Source of the DNA: Candidatus Marinacidobacterales bacterium
Lineage (GTDB): Bacteria > Acidobacteriota > Vicinamibacteria > Marinacidobacterales > SMYC01
Direction: 5' to 3'
DNA length: 64,000 nt
Assembly (NCBI GenBank): GCA_965224085.1
Contig: CBDCYI010000004.1
Coordinates: 320,001-384,000 of the forward strand
Below are positions 58,162-64,000 of this stretch, piece by piece; within the stretch, counting starts at the first letter, position 1; each line of letters opens with the position of its first letter. The notes under the pieces were generated by a model. That model searched no databases. It was not told where the DNA came from and saw only the letters and a list, made by a program, of their open reading frames with translations. Made by a program: the position numbers and the translations under genes.

Positions 58162-59277
58162 TCATCCTTCCTGCGGGTGGATGATGGTCTCTGTCGGAGA
58201 CCGCATCTCATAGATACGCCCTCGCCATGTGATGCGCCGTGAGGCCAACGCACGTACGGCTGCCTGGACCGTCAGGAAGCTCGCCAAAGGAAATAGTGTT
58301 GCGTGTGCCCACCAATACTTTGGTCCCCAAGGGGACGAGATCGCCCGCGAGCCGCCGGAATAGGCTCCGAGTACGAGGACGACCAGCCATAAGATAAGTC
58401 CTGCCTTCCCGCCTGCCCAAGGTCCCAGCAACAAGAAAGCCGAGTACAGTCCGTGATGGAGCACGCCGACACGAAACAGTGCAGGCCAATAAACGCGCGT
58501 AATGGCCATCTGCCTCGTGACAAATGAGAGAAGCTCGACGAGTCCGACGCGACCATAGGAAGGCACGAGGCAGCCGGGTACGAAGGAAACTTTCAAGCCC
58601 GCGCGTCGCACCGTGTGGGTGAGCGCGTAGTCGTCCGAAAGCGCGCCTTGCCATGCCTCAGCGACACCGATCCGCTCAAACACGCCGCGCCGGATCGCCA
58701 TGCCTCCACCCCAAGCAAAGTTCCGATCGTGGTTGCCGAGAAGCGAAAGCACCGAAGCGTTCCACACGGAGCGCAGCAACGTGAGGAAGCTCAAAGGCTC
58801 CGGCACGTAGAAGCGATAGGTCGACGCGACACCTATACCCGGGCAGTCGAGCTCGCCTACGAGACGACGCAGCCAGCCGGGGTCGGGCCGACCGTCCGAA
58901 TCGGCAAAGGCCCACACGTCGGAGGGTGAGGCCCGATCGATGGCGGTGAGCAGGTTGTGCACCTTTTGCCCACGTCCTTCGGCCGCCCCGGCGATCAGGA
59001 GCTCGCCGGCAAGAGGCTTGATGAACGGAATGGCAGTGTCGTCCGCGCGTTCGACCACGAAAACGAGTCGGAGATTCGGATAGTCCTGTTGTGCCAGGGC
59101 CGCCAGATTGGTCGCCAAACCTTCCTCCACGCCGCAGCACGGGACGAAGAGCGTGACGGAAGGTCCCTCGTGCTCCATCGAGGTGCGCTCGTAGACTGCG
59201 TTGCGCCGTCCTCCGAACAGAGACCACAGTGCGATGAGCAGCTGCACGAGACCCAGAACCACGACGAAGCTAGTCAA
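58162..59277 (-). CDS. Glycosyltransferase (ceramide glucosyltransferase/HpnI-like)
   Basis: QDYP, KVHNL, FADSD, AWGGGMAI, LSDD, RQ, ITWRG..Y. Confidence 0.85.
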   Translation of the reverse strand: MTSFVVVLGLVQLLIALWSLFGGRRNAVYERTSMEHEGPSVTLFVPCCGVEEGLATNLAALAQQDYPNLRLVFVVERADDTAIPFIKPLAGELLIAGAAEGRGQKVHNLLTAIDRASPSDVWAFADSDGRPDPGWLRRLVGELDCPGIGVASTYRFYVPEPLSFLTLLRSVWNASVLSLLGNHDRNFAWGGGMAIRRGVFERIGVAEAWQGALSDDYALTHTVRRAGLKVSFVPGCLVPSYGRVGLVELLSFVTRQMAITRVYWPALFRVGVLHHGLYSAFLLLGPWAGGKAGLILWLVVLVLGAYSGGSRAISSPWGPKYWWAHATLFPLASFLTVQAAVRALASRRITWRGRIYEMRSPTETIIHPQEG

Positions 59278-59298
59278 GTGTAAGCCCGAAGCGACGGC

Positions 59299-59335
59299 AG
59301 GAATGTTGACATTCCTTATTTTTACCCGATATATT
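59299..59335 (+). promoter_or_regulatory. Sigma70-type promoter with overlapping palindrome
   Basis: TTGACA (59306)-18 nt-TATATT (59330); AGGAATGT-TG-ACATTCCT covers the -35. Confidence 0.55.
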
Positions 59336-59447
59336 CAATACTTGAGTTGCTCCTAAACGTGAAAACGAAACAACTTCTCTCAATGCACGCGCCGCTACGA
59401 CCCCTCCCGAGCCCGCGCTCCGGTCGACGCTTGTCGATCCAAGACTC

Positions 59448-60209
59448 ATGAAGCTGCGAGTTCTGGGTTGTTCCGGGGGGAGCGTTCACGGGCGCTTCCT
59501 TTCCTGCTTTCTTCTCGAGGAACGTGTGTCGCTCGATGCCGGCGGTCTCACCAATGCGCTCACGCTCGAAGAGCAGCACGGGATTGGCCATGTGATCGTG
59601 AGTCACACCCATCTCGATCACAACTGCGGTCTTCCGTTTTTTCTGGACAACGTGTTTGGTCATCTGGATGAGCCCGTGATCGTTTACGGGACGCGCTCTG
59701 TCGTCGAGAGTCTAAAGGCTCACATGTTCAACGGCGACCTCTGGCCCGACTTCACGAAGCTCCCATCGCCCGACGCACCGACGATGCGTTTTCAAGAGAT
59801 CGAAGCCGAAAAGCCGTTTGTGATCGAAGAGCTGACTTTCACGCCCGTCGAGGTCGAGCACCTCACGCCAACGGTGGGTTTTCTCGTCGAAGACAAACGC
59901 AGCGCGATTCTCTATACCAGCGATACCGGCCCGACCGATCGCATCTGGGAGCGCGCGAACACGCAAGACAATCTCAAAGCGGTCATTACGGAAATCTCTT
60001 TCTCGAACGCCGGGGAAGCCCTCGCGCATGCGAGCGGCCATATGACGCCGGACATGTTAGTTGGCGAGCTCAAGAAGCTCAGCAAGGACGTGCCGGTATT
60101 CGTCACGCATTCCAAGCCAGGCCACGTGCTTCTCATTGAACAAGAGCTTGAAAAAATGAAACTTGCGCGCGTCGAGTTGATCGAGCAAGGCAAAACATAC
60201 AATTTCTGA
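59448..60209 (+). CDS. 3',5'-cyclic nucleotide phosphodiesterase, class II / MBL fold
   Basis: VLGCSG, LDAG, SHTHLDH, FNG.LWPDF, SDTGPT, GHMTP, THSKP. Confidence 0.88.
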   Translation: MKLRVLGCSGGSVHGRFLSCFLLEERVSLDAGGLTNALTLEEQHGIGHVIVSHTHLDHNCGLPFFLDNVFGHLDEPVIVYGTRSVVESLKAHMFNGDLWPDFTKLPSPDAPTMRFQEIEAEKPFVIEELTFTPVEVEHLTPTVGFLVEDKRSAILYTSDTGPTDRIWERANTQDNLKAVITEISFSNAGEALAHASGHMTPDMLVGELKKLSKDVPVFVTHSKPGHVLLIEQELEKMKLARVELIEQGKTYNF

Positions 60210-60272
60210 GCGTCGCCCTCGGTGCCCGAAGACCCTAATCTGGTGCTCACGCGGTAGAATACACGCCCGAGG

Positions 60273-61181
60273 ATGCGATTCGTTCGGGCTATCGCTTACT
60301 GCGTCGAGGAGGCTGTCGTCGAGCTCTGGCGAAACCGTCTCGTCAACCTCGTTTCGGTCGGCACCATCGCGGTTTCTCTATTCATCCTGGGCGTCTTCCT
60401 GATCGTATCGTCCAGCTTGAACCAACTGCTTCAGGGCTGGGCCGGAAGGGTTCAGCTTACGCTCTACCTCGAAGATGATTTGACCGCGTCGGATCGCGAA
60501 CAGCTCCACCTCGTGCTCGAAAATAGCCCGGGGCTCGAGTCCTTCCAGTTCGTCTCCAAAGAGGATGCGCTCGAGCGTTTCCGGTCCTACTTCCCCGAGC
60601 TCGACACCTTGCCCGACCTTCTCGAGTCGAACCCGCTACCGGCGTCGTTCGAAGTCGGCGTAGCAGAAGAGTTCAGAGAGCCAAATCAAGTGCGCGCGGT
60701 CGCGGCCCGCCTCGCGGGCCTGGGCGGCGTCTCCGAAGTCGACTATGACCTGCTGTGGATCGAGCGGTTGACGGCAATCATCGAGCTCGTTCAGATGATC
60801 GGTCTCTCGATCGGGAGCGCTCTCGCCGTCGCTTCGGTCTTTACGATCTTCAACGTCATCAAGCTCACCGTCTATGGCCGTCAGGACGAGATCGGAATCA
60901 TGCGTCTCGTTGGCGCGACCCACGCTTACATTCGTGGCCCCTTCCTAATAGAGGGTATACTTCAGGGCGGGCTCGGCGGTGGACTCGCGCTTGGACTGCT
61001 CTACTTTGCGCACCAATATCTCCTCCGAGAGGCGCTGCGCTCCGTTCAGCTCTTGCCGTCGGCCGATTGGCTGCCGTTCGTTCCACCGCCGGCCTGGGCC
61101 GCTCTCATTCTCGGGGGGATGTTCGTCGGCCTCCTCGGGAGCCTGTTATCCGTGCGGAAGTTCCTTGCCAGCCCTGTGTGA
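60273..61181 (+). CDS. ftsX: Cell division permease FtsX
   Basis: FVSKEDAL, NPLPAS, R..EI.IMRLVGAT..YIRGPFLIEG. Confidence 0.92.
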   Translation: MRFVRAIAYCVEEAVVELWRNRLVNLVSVGTIAVSLFILGVFLIVSSSLNQLLQGWAGRVQLTLYLEDDLTASDREQLHLVLENSPGLESFQFVSKEDALERFRSYFPELDTLPDLLESNPLPASFEVGVAEEFREPNQVRAVAARLAGLGGVSEVDYDLLWIERLTAIIELVQMIGLSIGSALAVASVFTIFNVIKLTVYGRQDEIGIMRLVGATHAYIRGPFLIEGILQGGLGGGLALGLLYFAHQYLLREALRSVQLLPSADWLPFVPPPAWAALILGGMFVGLLGSLLSVRKFLASPV

Positions 61182-61197
61182 TGAGAGTCTGATGTCG

Positions 61198-61815
61198 TCA
61201 ATTGCCGGCGAGCTCGGCAATGCGTGCGGCGACGAAATCGAGCGCGATCTCGTTTCGAGCGCCCTTCGGGATGATGAGGTCGGCGTAGCGTTTCGAAGGC
61301 TCGGTGAAATCCACGTGCATCGGGCGCACCGACTCCAGATATTGCTTCGTGACTGATTCGATGGTTCGGCCCCGATCTTGAACGTCACGCGCCAAACGTC
61401 TCAGAATGCGGATATCGGCGTCGGCATCGATGAACAGCTTGATGTCGAGTCGCTCACGAAGCCGGACGTCGACGAGGACCATGATCCCCTCGAGGAGGAT
61501 CACGGGTCGCAGCTCGACGTTGTGCCCGGTGACGACGCGCGCGTGCTCGATATAATCGTAGGCGAGCCGCGGTACGGCTTTGCCCGCTTTGAGCGCGTCC
61601 AGATGTTCCACGAGTAGCTCGGTCTCGTAAGCGTCCGGGTGGTCGTAGTTTACTTGCGCACGCTCCTCGAACGGAAGAGCAGAGGGGTCGACGTAGTACG
61701 CGTCCTGAGACAGCAAGACGATTTTGTCCGGCCCCATCCGATTCATGATCTCTTTCGCGAAGCTCGTTTTTCCCGAGCTCGTCCCTCCTGCGATTCCGAT
61801 GACGATGGGCGTCAC
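61198..61815 (-). CDS. udk: Uridine kinase
   Basis: GIAGG.SSGKT, QDAYY, NYDHP, EGI, RRLARD..RGR, EPSKRYAD. Confidence 0.95.
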   Translation of the reverse strand: MTPIVIGIAGGTSSGKTSFAKEIMNRMGPDKIVLLSQDAYYVDPSALPFEERAQVNYDHPDAYETELLVEHLDALKAGKAVPRLAYDYIEHARVVTGHNVELRPVILLEGIMVLVDVRLRERLDIKLFIDADADIRILRRLARDVQDRGRTIESVTKQYLESVRPMHVDFTEPSKRYADLIIPKGARNEIALDFVAARIAELAGN

Positions 61816-62468
61816 GATTCCGCCACGCGTCCTTTCTCGAGAAGAATGACGCGCTTTCCCAAGCGCGTGATCAAATCGCGATCATGTGTGGCGACGAGCA
61901 CGGTCGTTCCGCGCGCGTTGATCTCCTGAAAGAGCGACATGATCTCGAACGCGAGCTCGGGGTCGAGATTGCCTGTCGGCTCGTCGGCGAGCAAGAGCAC
62001 AGGCTCGTTGATGAGAGCGCGCGCTATGGCGACGCGCTGCTGCTCCCCGCCGGAGAGTTGCAGCGGAAAGCTGTTCATCTTGTGGTGCAAGCCGACCTGT
62101 TTCAGGATTTGGTAGGCGCGGCGCTTGCGCTCGGGCCTCGCGACGCCCATGACCCGCAGCACGAAGGCGACGTTCTCGAAAACCGTCTTGCGCGGAAGCA
62201 GCTTGAAGTCCTGGAAAACGACACCGATATTGCGCCTGAGAAAGGGGATCTTGGCTTTGGGAATCGCAGAGACGTTTCGGCCATTGACGAGGATCTGGCC
62301 CTGCGACGGGACCTCCTCGCGGAAGATGAGCTTCAAGAAAGTCGTCTTGCCCGCACCGCTCGGACCGGTGAGGAAAACGAACTCGCCTCGGTCGATCTCG
62401 AGCGTCACGTCCCTAAGAGCGGCGTTGTCTCGCCCGTAATTCATATGGACGTGGAACGTCTGAATCAC
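61812..62468 (-). CDS. ftsE: Cell division ATP-binding protein FtsE
   Basis: [42 protein letters not shown]; GTGA overlap with gatB. Confidence 0.93.
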   Translation of the reverse strand: MIQTFHVHMNYGRDNAALRDVTLEIDRGEFVFLTGPSGAGKTTFLKLIFREEVPSQGQILVNGRNVSAIPKAKIPFLRRNIGVVFQDFKLLPRKTVFENVAFVLRVMGVARPERKRRAYQILKQVGLHHKMNSFPLQLSGGEQQRVAIARALINEPVLLLADEPTGNLDPELAFEIMSLFQEINARGTTVLVATHDRDLITRLGKRVILLEKGRVAES

Positions 62469-63919
62469 GTTTGATCGAGGAGCCGCACGAGCGTCTCGCG
62501 GGCGAGTTTGGGGTTGGCTTGGCCGCGCGATGCTTTCATTATCTGACCGACCATCCAACCGGTGACTTTGTCTTTGCCCGCTTTGAGCTCGGCGACCTGT
62601 TCCGGGTTTTTCGCGATGACCGTGCGGACAAGCTCTTCTATGGCCGAGGCGTCGGAGATTTGACCGAGACCTTCGCGCTCGACGACGGCCGCCGGCCCAT
62701 CTCCGGACGAGACCATCTTCTCGAAGACATCCTTGCCCATCTTACCGCTTAACGTCCCTTTCTCCACGAGCTCGATGAGCTCGCCGAAGGATTCCGGTGT
62801 GACAGGGAGATCTTCAATCGCCACGCCCGACTCGTTTAATTTGCGTAGAAGCTCAGACATCATCCAATTGCTCGTGGCCTTGCCGCTTCCGGAGCGCTTC
62901 GCGGCAGCCTCGAAGTAATCGGCGCGCGCGCGCGAGCTGGTCAGGATTTTGGCGTCATAGGCGGGGATGCTGTAATCCGATTGGAGCCGCTCACGCCTGG
63001 CTTCCGGCAGTTCAGGGAGCTTTCGCTTCTGCTCGTCGAGCCACGTGGAACTGAGATCGAGAGGCGGGAGGTCGGGCTCGGGGAAATAACGATAGTCGTG
63101 GGCGTCTTCCTTGCTGCGCATCGAGACGGTGCGGTCGGCGTCTGGATCGTAGAGCCGAGTTTCCTGAACGATGCGCTCGCCCGATTCGCCTGATTCGTAA
63201 GCAGCGATCTGCCGCTCGACCTCGTAAGCGAGGCCGCGGCCGAGAAATCGGAAGGAGTTGATGTTCTTGAGCTCGACTTTGGTTCCGAGCTCGATCGTAC
63301 CCGCCGGGCGCACAGACACATTGCCGTCGCAACGGAAATTGCCTTTTTCCATGTCAGCGTCGGAGACTTCGGCATATTCCAGGATCTCTTTCAAGGCTTG
63401 CGCAAATTGGGTCGCTTCTTCCGGGCTTCTCAGGTCGGGATGGCTCACGATCTCGATCAGTGGAACGCCGCTTCGATTGAGATCGACGCCGCTTGAAACA
63501 TTCGAGTCTTCGAATCCGTCATGCAGGAGCTTCCCGGCATCCTCTTCCATGTGGATACGCTCGATCCGGATGCGCTTGTCCGCATCCCCGATCCGGATGC
63601 ACACCGCGCCATCCTCGGCGAGAGGGCGGTCGTATTGCGAGATCTGATATCCCTTGGGAAGGTCTGGGTAAAAATAGTTCTTGCGCGCAAAGATCGACGT
63701 CTCGTTGACCCGGCATCCTAGGGCGAAAGCCATCCTCGCGGCGAGCTCCACCGCGCGGCCGTTGAGAACAGGAAGAGCCCCCGGAAGCCCGATGCATACG
63801 GGACAGATATTCGTGTTCGGGGGCGCGCCGAAGCTGGCGCTACAGCCGCAGAAAAGCTTCGTCTCCGTCAGTAGCTGCGCATGGCACTCGAGCCCGATGA
63901 CGGTTTCGTATTCCGTCAT
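62465..63919 (-). CDS. gatB: Asp/Glu-tRNA amidotransferase subunit B
   Basis: IGLE.HAQL, RKNYFYPDLPKGYQISQ, HMEEDAGK, DYRYFPEPDL. Confidence 0.98.
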   Translation of the reverse strand: MTEYETVIGLECHAQLLTETKLFCGCSASFGAPPNTNICPVCIGLPGALPVLNGRAVELAARMAFALGCRVNETSIFARKNYFYPDLPKGYQISQYDRPLAEDGAVCIRIGDADKRIRIERIHMEEDAGKLLHDGFEDSNVSSGVDLNRSGVPLIEIVSHPDLRSPEEATQFAQALKEILEYAEVSDADMEKGNFRCDGNVSVRPAGTIELGTKVELKNINSFRFLGRGLAYEVERQIAAYESGESGERIVQETRLYDPDADRTVSMRSKEDAHDYRYFPEPDLPPLDLSSTWLDEQKRKLPELPEARRERLQSDYSIPAYDAKILTSSRARADYFEAAAKRSGSGKATSNWMMSELLRKLNESGVAIEDLPVTPESFGELIELVEKGTLSGKMGKDVFEKMVSSGDGPAAVVEREGLGQISDASAIEELVRTVIAKNPEQVAELKAGKDKVTGWMVGQIMKASRGQANPKLARETLVRLLDQT

Positions 63920-64000
63920 GCGGAAGCGTACATCTCGTTGATCAAGTCTTCGTAGCGAGACTCGATCACTTTGCGCTTGACCTTCATCGTTGGGGTGAGC
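63916..64000 (-). CDS. C-terminus of a long-chain fatty acid--CoA ligase (partial)
   Basis: LTPTMKVKRKVIESRYEDLINEMYASA*; ATGA overlap with gatB. Confidence 0.85.
   Translation of the reverse strand, partial: LTPTMKVKRKVIESRYEDLINEMYASA

Noticed and set aside
1-64000. CRISPR array, cas genes, tRNA or rRNA
   Set aside because: No regularly spaced repeats or recognisable RNA gene motifs were seen by eye.

Overview
GC-rich bacterial chromosomal window. An Acidobacteriota-like host is inferred from gene content only. Housekeeping and metabolic genes (hisS, rho, acnA, gatB, ftsE/ftsX, udk, coaX, mqnD, cstA, mug, two Fpg/Nei glycosylases) are mixed with heavy IS activity and about 14 broken genes (nonsense codons, frameshifts, deletion chimeras). 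Mobile elements: four copies of a 1.68-kb ISNCY (ISDol1-like) DDE element, one IS1634, and an IS200 nested in a truncated IS1595-family element. Strongest leads: (1) a LysW carrier-protein operon (lysW-lysX-lysY-X-lysZ-lysJ) with no LysK, where X is an EgtC/Dug3-like Ntn gamma-glutamyl hydrolase that may replace LysK; (2) the ISNCY element duplicates a TARYTA hexamer that coincides with host stop codons at all three sites; (3) a candidate sigma54-dependent small RNA; (4) A/C-skewed codon tracts ending at a GAATGYT-GAATGCTG motif at two loci; (5) a locally templated 97-bp insertion with a 12-bp target duplication; (6) repeated leaderless-mRNA promoter architecture. All product calls come from motif recognition by eye; no searches were run.
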